Part shown: one piece after another, positions 1 to 14,661 of the stretch | Layout of the letters: each line of letters opens with the position of its first letter | Numbering within the stretch: the first letter of the stretch is position 1 | From: Octopus vulgaris | Taxonomy: Eukaryota | Direction of reading: 5' to 3' | DNA length: 64,000 nt | NCBI GenBank assembly: GCA_951406725.2 | Contig: OX597814.1 | Location: 185,628,001-185,692,000, forward strand | Position numbers and translations under genes: made by a program | Notes under the pieces: generated by a model | Databases searched by the model: none | What the model was told of the DNA's origin: nothing | The model's input: only the letters and a program-made list of their open reading frames with translations

Positions 1-245
1 ACTAAAAGAAGCCTGTCATATGTGTGTGTGTGTGTATGTATATGTTTGTGTGTCTGTGTTTGTCCCCCCAACATCGCTTAACAACTGATGCTGGTGTGTT
101 TACGTCCCCATAACTTAGCAGTTCGACAAAAAGGGACCGATAGAATAAGTACTAGGCTTCCAAAGAATAAGTCCTGGCGTCAATTTGCTCGACTAAAGGC
201 GGTGCTCCAGCATGGCCGCAGTCAAATAACTGAAACAATTAAAAG
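1..245 (+). mobile_element. tRNA-derived CORE-like SINE family A, 3' part (truncated by window edge)
   Basis: Matches the 3' half of the full copies at 29632-30026 and 57717-58100 (gatagaataagtactaggctt...gctccagcatggccgcagtcaaataactgaaac). Confidence 0.85.
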
Positions 246-276
246 AGTATATACATATATATGTGTGTGTGTGTGT

Positions 277-324
<48 letters not shown>

Positions 325-438
325 TAACAAGATACAATATACACCTTATATGTGAAAAAAAATCCTAATAATTCATTTCAAAGAAATGATTTACTCTATC
401 ACTACTCTGAGTTTCTTGTGCGCATGCATTCATTCAGG

Positions 439-500
<62 letters not shown>

Positions 501-1477
501 ATTCATACTCACACACAGAGGCAGACATACATACATACATACATACATACATACATACATACATACATGCACACACACCTCTTTATAAAATATTCATGAT
601 GTAAAAAAATACCTACCTCTTCAGACAAAAAAAAAATTTCAGCCATACATCTTCATATTTTATCTTTTTCTATATTTAATTATATATATTTTTAAAACCC
701 TATTACCATTTTCAACTAGAATTTTCATCAATTTTTACTTTAGGAAGAGGTGGTTTGGAGAGATGCCAGCTAAATCTATAATGTTTTGTGTTTTTATATT
801 ACACTTTTTCTCATTTCATTTATTTTATTTATTTATTTAATTTTATTTATCTATTTATTTATCTCTTCTTTTTTTTAATCTACAAAATATTTGGGGGCGG
901 TAAATTTTAAGTAAGATATTTTCCTTTTTGTTTTAATCTTGTTTCCTTGAGCTTGAATCCTTTCTGACATAAGCACACACACACATACACACTCAGACTA
1001 CTCACACACACACTCACTCATATACACATATACACTCGTACACATCCATAGATATACGCATAATTGCTCTCTGCAATATTCTAATAGATGTAAGTACATC
1101 AAGTCCTTTTACATCTTTATTTTTGTTAATTTTTTAACACAACCACATACACACACATACACACACACACACACATATATATATACACATACATGTATAT
1201 ACACACATATGCATACACAGACACATACACATGCACATATATATATATATATATATATATAAACATATATACATACATGTATACATATATATGAATATGT
1301 ATACATACATACACACACACATATACATATGTACACACAGATACACACACACACACATACACACAAGTAAGACGGACATTAAGAATGTGAAAATGTTTAT
1401 ATTCTAATTGCTACTGTAATTTCTGTTAATCAAAGACTTTTCCCTTGCTATATTGCATATTTGAGTCACTGCCATAT

Positions 1478-1679
1478 ACTCTTTTACTTGTTTCAGTCAG
1501 TTGACTGTGGCCATGCTGGAGCACCACCTTTAGTCAAGCAAATCGACCCCAGGACTTATTCTTTGTAAGCCTAGTACTTATTCTATCGGTTCCTTTTGTC
1601 GAAGCGCAAAGTTACGGGGACGTAAACACACCAGCATTGGTTGTCAAGAGATGTTGGAGGGACAAACACTGACACACAA

Positions 1680-1712
<33 letters not shown>

Positions 1713-1790
1713 CATATACATATATGCGAAGGGCTTCTTTCAGTATCCGTCTATCAAATCCACCCACAAGGCTTTGGTGACTGGCACTCA
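1478..1790 (-). mobile_element. SINE family A, 5'-truncated
   Basis: cttttacttgtttcagtc...gtaagcctagtacttattctatcgg...aaatccacccacaaggctttgg, with the internal (CA)n/(TA)n typical of the family. Confidence 0.85.
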
Positions 1791-1832
1791 TGATGATGAT
1801 GATGATGGCAACAATGATGATGATGATGACAG

Positions 1833-1885
<53 letters not shown>

Positions 1886-1964
1886 TTGATGATGATGACG
1901 ACGATATGATGATGATGATGTTGATGATGATGATGATAATGATGAGGAAGATGACTGATGACAT

Positions 1965-2000
<36 letters not shown>

Positions 2001-2047
2001 GAAGGAGGAGGAGGAGGAGGAAGTTTGTCTGGGTGATGATAACAATC
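1788..2047. repeat. (GAT)n compound microsatellite block, paralogous to 3125-3430
   Basis: Long GAT runs. Both blocks share the anchor gaggaggaggaagtttgtc(t/a)gggtgatgataacaat. Confidence 0.9.
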
Positions 2048-3180
2048 GAATGTTGGGTCACACAGAGATAATGTGACTAATGTTGGTTTTGCATAAGTAG
2101 CACCCATGCTAGTGGCATGTAGGAACCACTTTCAAGCGTTGGGGCTCACAAAGGCAATGCCAAATACTGAGACCTTTTGGCAGCATGCTATGTTTGAGTA
2201 GAAGAATCATCAAGCCAAGTGAAATTATAGTCATGGCAGATACTGGTGCCAGTGGCATGTACAAGCACCCATTACACTCTCGGTGTGGTTGGCGTTAGGA
2301 AGGGCATCCAGCTGCGGAAACCATGTCCAATCAAACTGGAGTCTGGTGCGGCCCCTCAGCTTGCCAGCCCTGGTCAAACTGTCCAACCCATGCCACCATG
2401 GACGATGGACGTTAAATGTTAATGATTTGAAGATGTGTCAGTTTGATCCTCATCTTAAACTGTCAAAATAACCCTCGTAAGACCAAAATTTTGCAGTAAA
2501 ATTAAATACTTATAAATACAACACTGTATATTTATTTATTCATTCATTAAGAAATTAATTAATGCATCAAAATAGAATGAAAATTTTAAAATAAATGTTC
2601 AATATGAGAATGCTATTAAAAATGGAAATGGGATATTGAAAATAGCAACCAGATACAATTATGATGTGAGCAATCAGAATTAACCAATATTATAATTATT
2701 CGGCTAGAAATTAAGAGAATTTTATAACATTAAGAGTTTACTATTTTGCAATAAAGTGCCAATTACTATTTTTAGAAAACTTCCCTTTTTTTATTGTTGT
2801 TCATAATGTTTTTAATATTTATTTATTTTTTAGATTAGGGAGATTTCATATATTTTTCTAAATTTTAAAATTTTCTTTGGTTGATAAATTTTCTCAGACT
2901 ATATTTTTTGTTTTTTTTTCAAATTAAGTGTATTAATGTATAGTTATAAAATACAAAATAATGTTGATAATTTGTTATTACATTTAATTTATTATTATTT
3001 TTTTTTTTTGTTCTCCCTTGTGTCTTGAGTTACCTGATGCAGAAATGTATTACAAATTAAACTTCAATTGCCTTTATGTGAAATGTTCAAGAGAAGAAAC
3101 AACTCGGACAACCAGCGAGAGTATTGATGATGATGACAATGATAATGATAATGATGATGATGATGACAATGATAATGATA

Positions 3181-3273
<93 letters not shown>

Positions 3274-3850
3274 TTGATGTTGATGTTGATGATGATGATG
3301 ACTTTGATGACAATGAAAATAGCAATGATGATAAAGAGGAGGATGGAGGAGAGAGGAGAGAGAGAGGAAGGGAGGAGGAGGAAGTTTGTCAGGGTGATGA
3401 TAACAATGATGATGATGAGGTGAAATATAACAATGATGCTTTCTTTTGATTTTTTTTTTTTTTTCACTTTATAGAATAACTCCACTAATAACAACAACTG
3501 TCTGTAATATAAACTCAAAGCCAGAAATAATTGAGAAGGGGAATGGTTGATTTTATTAACCCCAGAAGTCAACTGGTACCCTCTTTTATAGACTCTGGAG
3601 GCATAACGAGTAAGCTTGGCTTCAGTGAGATTTGAACTCGGAATGTAAATACAGCAAAATATTCTGTCAGTTGCTCTAATCATTCTGCAACTCCAAATAG
3701 TAAATATAATTTCTTTGTTTGCCATAAGGAGGATGGATGATGGAATATTATGAAAACAAATTAATTAATTGGGGATGGGTGGAGGTTATGCAGCATCAAC
3801 TATGAAAAAAAAAAGCAAATATGCAAAGTATAATAATAATAATAATAATA

Positions 3851-3887
<37 letters not shown>

Positions 3888-4512
3888 TGATAATAATAAT
3901 CCTTTCTACTATAGGCACAAAGCCTGAAATTTTGGGAGTAGGGAGCCAGTCGATTAGATCAATTCCAGTATGCAACTGGTACTTAATTTATCGACCCTGA
4001 AAGGATGAAAGGCGAAGGTGACCTCGGTGGAAATTGAACTCAGAATGTAGAGACAGGCGAAATATGGTTAAGCATTTCATCCAGCATAATTTGAACTCAG
4101 AACACAGTGGCAGACGAAATACAACTAAGTATTTCATCCACCATGGTAACGATTTTGCCTTAATAATAATGATGATGATGATAATAATAATAATAATAAT
4201 AATAATGGAAACATCCTTAAACAACCTTTAATCAGGGACTTTTTGAGCAAGAAGAGCTACTTGACCAGAAGAAAATTCTAACTGAGCCCCACCTGCAAGG
4301 TCATGTGCTGTTTATCTTGATATGAGATCACCATATCGCGCATATATGGTTGTGATGCATGTGCCTAGTGTACCCTTAACAGACAGGTAGTCATGATGGA
4401 TATACTAGGCTTCGTATATCTTACCCAAGTGTCACTTTGATGGCATGCACTGCTCTCTCAATCAACAATAATAATAACAACAATGATAATAATAACAATG
4501 ATTTAAACCATA

Positions 4513-4995
4513 TGGCATATTACCAGCCAGTGTACACCACTAGCCCAGAAGGAATATAAGAGACACCACAACAATATAGCCAGGTTTGTCCATTGGACAC
4601 TTTGCAACATGTTTGGATTTGACAGAGTAAAAGATTGGTATGACCACATACCTGAAGGCATCATCGAAAATGAAAATGCAAAGATCCTATGGGATTTTAT
4701 GATTCATTGTGACCATGAGATAGAGAATAGGAAGCCGGACATAGTCTTAATTGAAAAAGAAAACAAACTATGCTGGATCATAGATATAGTATGCCCAGCT
4801 GACAACATGGTATGCGATAAGGAAGAAAAATCGATAGATATGACAGGTTAGCTTTAGAAGTTAAGCAGTTGTGGTCGATGAAAAAGGTAGCAGTAATACC
4901 AATAATTGTCGGAGCCCCGGGAACAGTGAGCAAAAATCTCGAGAAGTATGTTTTACCCCAGTGTCACTTTGATGGCATGCACTCCCCTTTCACTC
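4513..4995 (+). mobile_element. R4/Dong-like non-LTR retrotransposon 3' remnant (REL endonuclease, frameshifted, internally deleted) followed by (AAT)n
   Basis: Translates WHITSQCTPLAQKEYKRHHNNIARFVHWTLC...KILWDF...RKPDIVL...IIDIVCP, then after a frameshift KIDRYDRLALEVKQLW...VIPIIVGAPGTV. These are the RHD, WD, PD-D and K..KY motifs of REL LINEs. It is joined to a 3' end gtgtcactttgatggcatgcact that recurs at 4430-4460 and 37689-37785. Confidence 0.85.
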
Positions 4996-5051
<56 letters not shown>

Positions 5052-5475
5052 TAATAATAATAATAATAATAGTAATTATAATCCTTTCTACTGTAGGCAC
5101 AAGTCCTGAAATTTAGGGGAGGGGATAATCAATTACATTGATCCCAGTGTTTCACTGGTACTCAATTCATCAACCCCGAAAGGATGAAAAGCAAAGTTGA
5201 CTTCAGCAGAATTTGAACTCAGATGGTAGCAATGGGCGAAATACTGCTAAGCATTTTGCCCAGTGTGTCTACAATTCAGCCAGCTCACCACATTTAATCC
5301 TATCTGCTATAGACACAAGGCCTGAAATTTGGGGGGGAACGTAGGGAAGGATTAGTTGATTACATCGATCCCAACTGGTACTTCTTTTATCAACAATCCT
5401 GAAAGGTTGAATGGTAAACTCAACCTCGGCAGCATTTGATCTCAGAACATAAAAAACAGACAAAATGCTACTAAT

Positions 5476-5521
5476 GTGATGATGATGATGATGATGGTGA
5501 TGATGATGGTGATGATGATGG

Positions 5522-5557
<36 letters not shown>

Positions 5558-5595
5558 CAATAATAATGATGATGATAATGATGATGATGATGATG

Positions 5596-5628
<33 letters not shown>

Positions 5629-5649
5629 GTAATAATACTAATAATAATA

Positions 5650-5685
<36 letters not shown>

Positions 5686-5721
5686 GTAATAGTAATAATA
5701 ATAATAATAATAATAATAGTA

Positions 5722-5797
<76 letters not shown>

Positions 5798-5810
5798 CAA
5801 CAACAATAAT
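5476..5810. repeat. (GAT)n-(AAT)n-(AAC)n compound microsatellite
   Basis: Direct reading. Confidence 0.95.
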
Positions 5811-6492
5811 TTCAACTGTATTTTTTCTTTTTTTAAGATTTAATTCAACTTTTTTTTACAAAATTAATTTTTTTTATTCAAAAAAAATTTTAATTTAAAC
5901 ACTACTTTTTTTTTAGTTTTAGATCTTTTAGTTTTTCTTATTTAATTTTTTTAGAAAGAATCTGTGGAATAAATTCTTCCTTCAATATAAAAATATTTTG
6001 GATATCAATTTATTACTCTATTTTTTTAGCATTAAAATCTAAATTATTCTCTTTAAAAACTACAAATCCCTTCTTTTCAACATTGGTTGCAAATGCCATT
6101 TATTCAAATTATGATCAAAGAAATATTTCTCTTAAAATTTGAAAAAAAAAAATTTTTTCTCTCATTTAAGGTCTTTGTGACCTTTTTAAACAGGCTGGGT
6201 CATGACAATCTAGACGCTAATCCTTAAATATAGACAACAAAGAAAATCATTATGAATGATTGATAATTACCATTTTAAAAAACTCAAATTGCATTACTGA
6301 AATATAGACATAAAAATTCTGGATTTGGAAACTTGTTAAACATATTTATTAGACCCAATGGTTTTAAAATGGTTTATCTTGTGTCTGGGTCATCTTAACC
6401 TTTTGTACCACCAGAGCAGGTAGAATCAACATCAGGTTAATCAGAGATGGTGGAACCAAATCAGACGTCAGGCGATGTTGCGTTGAGATGGG

Positions 6493-6601
6493 TCATTGTT
6501 CGGTTAAAGCATTGTGCGGATAGCAAACTTTAGCCACATGTCCTGGAGTAGATACTGCAATGCATCGAACAATTACTTTGGGATCCAACCACATGTAACT
6601 G
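6493..6601 (-). CDS. Candidate terminal coding exon of an unidentified host gene (SYMWLDPKVIVRCIAVSTPGHVAKVCYPHNALTEQ*)
   Basis: Non-repetitive, CpG-retaining island. On the minus strand a pyrimidine-rich tract ends in ttgtag (NAGNAG acceptor), followed by 35 open codons to TGA at 6493-6495 and an AATAAA about 145 nt downstream (~6345-6350). Protein not recognised. Confidence 0.4.
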
Positions 6602-7688
6602 CTACAACATGAGAAGTATGAAATAAAGAGAAGATTAAATAAGCTTAGACTGTCATAAAACAGGCTCCTTTGTCATAAAATTTTATTGAGTGGGTGCTAG
6701 AATGCATGGCATTGTGCTGCACAGTGTCTTTTTTTTCCTCTCACACATGCATTTAGAAAGAAAAAAATTCAGTGTGGTTATAAAGCTTGAAAATTGGTAA
6801 ACCGGCATGCTGGTAAAGCAGTACGGAAGAATATTTATAAGTGGAAAAAAATCTAAAATCTATCGCATCTTTGCAAGCATTGTATGATATAAACTCAGAT
6901 ATAATCATTGGTATGGCTGTGTGGTAAGAAGCATGCTTCCTAACTACATGGTTCTGAGTTCAGTCCCACGATGTGGTGCCTTGGGCAAGTGTCTTCTGCT
7001 ATAGCTTTGGGTCAACCAAAACCTTGAGAGTGAATTTACTCGACAGAAAATGAAAGCTCATCGTAGATATATATAATTATATATATCTTCTCCTCCATAT
7101 ATATATATATATACGTACACACACACATTTGACGTCTATATTTAGCATATTAAGAGTCCACCTTGGTGGTCATTCCTCTTAATTTTGTATGTAATATAAT
7201 TTTTAATCTTTGGATCTTTTAAATATGCTAAGCCACTGGTTTTAATTGATTAATATCAATTTCTACCCTCATTATTTAATTTATATATGTATATATATAT
7301 GTATACATATATGATGCAATTACTGCCACAGTGCACACTGTAGTCCACTAGACATGAAATAATTTAGATAGATGGATGTTCATCTTCATTTTAAAACCCC
7401 TTTCTATACTTACTTGGGTCACATAGTTTTATGAATGCATGTATATATATATATATATGTATATGTATGTATATAAAAAGTTTTTGGTAGTATACTGAGT
7501 AGTATATTCTTATGGAAGTAAAATACATATATTGTTACATTTAAGGAATTTTCAACAAAATTTTTTTAATTTTCTTTCCTTGGAAATCTGAAGACTTCCT
7601 GTATCTAGGAAAAAATTCCTTCATTTCTTCTGAAGAAACATATCATTATTACTTATATATATAAATATATATATACATATCATTATTA

Positions 7689-7735
<47 letters not shown>

Positions 7736-7836
7736 GAAAAATAGGATAAAATCTTTATAAGAATTTATCAAGTAGTTAGCGTGAAAAACCTCACAAGGGA
7801 AAAATCCATCAATTTATTCCTCTTAAATATATTTAA

Positions 7837-8057
7837 CCCTTTTGTTACCAACCCGGCCAAAACCGGCTCTGGCTCTGTAGTACAAATGTCTTGTTTTCAT
7901 AAGTTTTGCCTTAAAATCTTCCACCAAACCTTAGTCACAATTTATGTTCCTAACACTAGCTTAATGATAACTAAGTTATTTTACTAAATTCTTTGTTATA
8001 TTTAAAGTAATTGAAAGAAACACAGAGCATCTCAAAATAAATACAGTAACAAAAGGC
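7837..8057 (+). mobile_element. piggyBac-like MITE family 1 (~221 bp)
   Basis: TTAA on both sides; TIR ccctttYgttacc...gtaacaaaagg; five near-identical copies in the window. Confidence 0.85.
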
Positions 8058-8069
8058 TTAAGTAAATAC

Positions 8070-8119
<50 letters not shown>

Positions 8120-8131
<12 letters not shown>

Positions 8132-8515
8132 GCATATGTGCGTGGGTACAGAACATCATGAAATGTGTACAACCAAAACATACGAAGTACAAGTACATGG
8201 AATGTGAACTATTTTTTTTAACAATGAAAGACACAAATGGAAAACAAGACAAACAAGACAAACAACATAAAGAACGACCCTTCATCAGTTATTGGCTGTT
8301 TTTCTACTCTCGTATTTCGAGCACTTAACAACAACATAGGCTTTCAATAAAACAGTTTCTCCCGCAAAGCAAATTAAATAAAATTTGGGATTTTGCGGAG
8401 GGTCAAAATAGGTAACACAAACAGGACAGTGAAAACAAACAGAAAGGGCTGCTAAGCCTAAACGAGGTTGTGGTGGTGAATGCGTAAATCAAGCTTGGAC
8501 AGGAGACAGACAAGA

Positions 8516-8517
<2 letters not shown>
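8120..8517. mobile_element. Microsatellite-embedded interspersed repeat, possibly Penelope-related; second copy at 13925-14450
   Basis: Shared blocks acataa(a)gaa(a)cgacccttcatcagtt, aaattaaataaaatttg and caggacagtgaaaacaaac...gctaagcctaaacgag. Both copies start in (TA)n. Confidence 0.6.
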
Positions 8518-8582
<65 letters not shown>

Positions 8583-9183
8583 CACACATACATGCATACA
8601 GGCTTAATTTCCACACACGCCAGCTATTTCCAAACAAAGTAATATTTTTCCCTAGCTTAGACATGTTTACACAGAAGATTACTAACAAGTATCTCTGCTT
8701 GTACACCAATGAAGTTTAATTTACTCATATAATTAGTGCACAATGTCAAGAGAAAGTACACACTCATCCATGCATGTATACATATCTACATACAGACACA
8801 TACAAACACACAAACGTATACATAATATGTTTTGTAAATTTTCATTTGCCTTGCTTATTTTTTTACATATTGGTGTTTGCTGGGTTTTTTCTTGGGAACA
8901 CACACTTTGTGGTAAGGTGATTTCACGTCTATCCCCAGCGTATAGGAATCCACTTTAGTGGTCATTCCTTTTATTAATATATATATATATATGTAGTTTG
9001 TGTCTTTTCTATTGATATGTAACAGATTCATTCACAAGGGCTTTAGTTGGCTTTGTGCCGTAGTAGAAAACAGTTAGGTAAGATTCCACAAGTGGGACTG
9101 AAACCACAACCATGTGTTGGCAAAGCTGGCTTCTTAACCACTGAGCTATGTTTTTACCTATATATATGATGATATATATATGA

Positions 9184-9212
<29 letters not shown>

Positions 9213-9217
<5 letters not shown>

Positions 9218-9445
9218 CTTTACTACCCACAAAGGGCTAAACATACAGGAGATAAACAAGGACAGACAAAGGGATTAAGTCGATTACATCGACCTAGTGT
9301 GAAACTGGTACTTTATTTATCGACCACGAAAGGATGAAAGGCAAAGTCGACCTCGGCAGAATTTGAACTCAGAATGTAATGACAGACGAAATACCGCTAA
9401 GCATTTCGCCTGGCATGCTAACGTTTCTGCCAGCTCGCCGCCTTT
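9213..9445 (-). mobile_element. tRNA-derived SINE family B (Meta-like central domain)
   Basis: Reverse complement of ggcggcgagctggcagaaacgttagc...gagttcaaattctgccgaggtcgactttgcctttcatcctttc...gtcgataaa...gtaccag. Confidence 0.85.
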
Positions 9446-9978
9446 ATATATATGTATGCATGTGTGTGTGTGTGTGTGTGATCTTGTCTGGACAACCCAA
9501 GCTAATTGTAAACAAACCATACCATTGTACACATTGTAGCATTTGTTTGCAATCTTCCATAAAAACATGTTTTGGCCTTGACGACATTTGCCCAAGATGT
9601 CACAGCATGGGACTGAACTGAAAAATGCATGGCTGCAAATCAAGCTTCTTAACCATACAGCCATACCTTTGCCCATACAATATTGAACATTTAGTAACAT
9701 AATGTTATATGACTTCAAAAAAAAAAGAAAAGAAAATCAACTTAAAACAAACTGGAACAGCTAGAAAACTTCTGTGTCATATACTAATACTAACCAATCA
9801 ATATAAACAACTTAGCATTAAAACTGTTCTGCTTAATTAAGGTGTGATTGAATACTAAATTATTCAATATATGCAATGGTATATATTATTGATAAAAGAA
9901 TATCAATGCTATGACAGTGCTTGATGTCTTGTGATAGAGCTTATTAATGTATGTGTACAGTTAAACATCCACCACAAG

Positions 9979-10145
9979 AACCCCTTATTGTTGTGATGTG
10001 GTGGCTTATGTGCCTTAATGAGCCTGAGAGCTATGTCAGCAAGGATTTCCATGCTCAACAGGTCATAGGATAGGGGCCAGACTAATATGGACCACTTCTT
10101 CGCAGAGGTAAAAATGGGTTTGCATAGGGCCAACACCCTAGAAAC
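9979..10145 (+). mobile_element. RTE/BovB-like LINE 5' UTR remnant
   Basis: ccttattgttgtgatgtggtggcttatgtgccttaatgagcctgagagctatg...aacaggtcataggataggggccagactaa resembles, from memory, the conserved 5' UTR of RTE-clade elements (BovB/Expander). Confidence 0.6.
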
Positions 10146-10231
10146 AAGCAAAGTTACCGAAAAAGCTATGTACACAGTGTTCCCAGACAGCAAGCACCTG
10201 GAGAAAGGACCATTAACTGATTGACATGAAA

Positions 10232-11725
<1,494 letters not shown>

Positions 11726-12330
11726 ATGTATTATGTCCGTATATCTTCCACCTATGTTTGCTGACCTAGATTGCTGACACCACTACCACACTCCCCACCA
11801 CCCTACACGTATTCTCCTCCCATCACACACACACACACACACACACATACACACACATACACGCACGCACACACACTTGCTGTTTCTGACATTGATCACT
11901 TCATCTCGTAAATACAAAAGGCCTTGACAATCAGGTGTATGATTGTGTCTCTTCTTTAGAGGAAGAAAATACTGTCTGTACACACATACACACACCTCTG
12001 TTTGCAACACATATACACACCCATGTGCACACACACACACATACACACATACACATATACACACTCATATACATACATATATGCACACATACATTAGTAA
12101 AAGTAACTGAAAGAAAGGCTTCTCTCAAAGTCTAAGACGAGTATCGCAGTCGTTTGATCAATTGATTTATTTAATTACTTAATTAACATGTCACTGAAAG
12201 CCGTGGTGTTTGTCCCAATTATCTATGTTCTGAGATCAAATCCTGCCAAGGCTAATTTTGCCTTTCATCTTTTGTGGGTCATCAGTTAAAAAGTAGCAAT
12301 CATGAACAGGTACAGGTATGGGTGTGTGAT

Positions 12331-12565
12331 AAGGCGGCGAGCTGGCAGAAACGTTAGCAGGCCAGGCAAAATTCTTAGCGGTATTTCATCTGCCGTTACG
12401 TTCTAAGTTCAAATTCCGCCGAGGTCGACTTTGCCTTTCATCCTTTCGGGGTCGATTAAATAAGAACCAGTTACACACTGGGGTCGATCTAATCGACTTA
12501 ATTCCTTTGTCTGTCCTTGTTTATCTCCTCTATGTTTAGCCCCTTGTGGGCAATAAAGAAATAAG
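12331..12565 (+). mobile_element. SINE family B, full length, inserted in the head of an older family A SINE
   Basis: Head ggcggcgagctggcagaa, B-box-like aagttcaaattcc, central gcctttcatcctttcggggtcgat, tail aataaagaaataag. The flanks join into a family A head. Confidence 0.85.
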
Positions 12566-13709
12566 AAGCTGGCTTCTTATCACGCACCCATGCCTGATCA
12601 ATGATCTCAGGTAATCAGCGATCGGTGGGCGTTACTTGTTGTCCTCATTCATCATCATTTTCATTTGTGATTTCATATAACATTATGTCTATGTCCAGCC
12701 TGCAGCTTCCCTTCTATGTAAGGCCTTTATGGTCAATATGATGAATAAAGAATCTGGCTTCCCAGCCACATGGTTCCAGGTTCAGTCCCCACCCCATTGC
12801 ATGGCACCTTGGGTAAATATCTTCTTCTATAGCCTTTAACCAACCAAAGTGTTGATACCATCATCATCATTGGCGTCATCATCATTATCAGCCTCGTTCC
12901 TATCACAGGCAACATCAAGATCATCATTGTTATGATGGCTTTCATATTTGTAATCATCGTCATCGTCGTTGTCATAGTCATCATAGTCGTCATCGTCATC
13001 ATCATCATCATCATTACCTTCTCCTCCTCTTATTTTCATCATCATCATCATAATTATCCTCCCCCTCCTTTTCCTTCTCATCCATCATCATCATCTTTAT
13101 ACTTCTCCTCCTCTTCCTTCTCATCACTATAGTCATCACAATAATCATCATTGTCAGCATTTTTCTTCCTCCTAAGCCACATTCAACACAACCCTCATCA
13201 TTCTCCCCTCCTCCTCTTCCTTCTCATCAGCAACATCATCATCAGCATCATTGACATCTGTGGATCTGGTAGATGGAAACTGAAAATTACATACATGCAT
13301 ATTCTTTTATTTGTTTTAGTCATTTGACTGTGGCCATACTGTAGCACCACCTTTAATGAAACAAATCGACTCCAGGACTTATTCTTTGTAAGCCTAGTAG
13401 TTATTTTATCGGTCTCTTTTACCAAACTGCTAATGTTATGTAGATGTAAACATACCAACAGTAGTTGTTAAGCAATGGTGGGGGGACAAACACAGACACA
13501 CAAACCTATACATATACAAAGACCTCTTCCACATGCGCATACAACCTCTCTTATACACATGCACATGTACCTTCGTTTTGGGATCACCACTATTTTATTA
13601 TCTCCCCTTCTTCCTAGCTCTCCTGTGTGACTCTTTTGTCTGTCATTCACCATGATAGATCGCTAGCCACTACACATTCTTTATTTTCTCTCCTTGTTTC
13701 TTTGTGTTC

Positions 13710-13745
13710 CTTTCTGTGGAAGAGCGTAGGCTCAAAATGTTAAAG
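13710..13745 (+). ncRNA. Decayed minimal type I hammerhead-like motif in a Penelope pLTR-like repeat (~13640-13840)
   Basis: cttt-CTGTGGA-a-gagc(gtag)gctc-AAAA-tg-TT-aaag. Stems I and II pair. The core differs from CUGANGA/GAAA, partly by CpG-type changes (tcgaaacg to tcaaaatg). Confidence 0.4.
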
Positions 13746-14597
13746 ACTTTTTCACTTCCCGAGCATTAAACTAATACATCTGTTGTTGTCTACACCACCT
13801 GTCTTCGTCTTTTGTTTTTTTGTGAATTTTCCCACTACAAATATATATATATATATGATAATATAAATAATATATATATATGCATATATACATACGTACG
13901 CATACATACTTACATATATACATATATACATATGCATATGTGGGCACAGGACATCAAAAAACATAAACAGCAAAAAATACAAAGTACGAGGACAAGGAAT
14001 ATGAACTTTCTTTGTGAACAACAAAAGAAACAAATGTAAAACAAAACAAACAACATAAGAAACGACCCTTCATCAGTTGTCAGCTGTTTTTCTAATCCAT
14101 ATTTCAAGCAATTCACGACAAGATACGCATTTGATAAAACAGTTGCTCCCACAAAACAAATTAAATAAAATTTGCAATTTTGCAGAGGGCCAAGATCGGT
14201 GACAAAAACAGGACAGTGAAAACAAACAAGAAGGACTGCTAAGCCTAAACGAGCTTGTGGTGGCGAACATGAAGAGACAAGTCTGGACAGAAGACAGAGA
14301 ACAATACATCTTCCCTGTGCAGCTGAACCAAGAAGAAAGAAAGAAACACAACTGAGGAGAATGGCCGATGGTCATGTGGGGGCCACGTGAGCAAAGGAGG
14401 AAGAGTGAGGGAGAGAGAGGGTGACAGACAGAGAACTGTGAAGGGGATATATATATATATATATATTATATTAAATTAGAGACAAAACCACTATTAGGCA
14501 AATCATACAATGAAAAACTTAGGCCAATACATAAGATTATTTAATTTATATTATTTAAATATATAACAAAATTATTAAAAAAATATAATTAATATCA

Positions 14598-14661
14598 CAC
14601 TACGATCGTTTCATGGCTGTTAATTTCTTTAAATTTTCGAGTTACAGTCATTCATCAGGTG
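14598..14661 (-). ncRNA. Type I hammerhead ribozyme motif, intact core
   Basis: Minus strand: cac-CTGATGA-atgactgt...acagccat-GAAA-cgatcg-TA-gtg. Stem II pairs 7/8, helix III is the palindrome ACGATCGT, cleavage triplet GUA, stem I only 3 bp. Confidence 0.75.

Noticed and set aside
8270-8330. Minus-strand GAAA...CTGATGA in the repeat at 8120-8517 and its copy at ~14060-14115, as a type II hammerhead
   Set aside because: No U-H cleavage site closing helix III and no consistent stems I/II in both copies.
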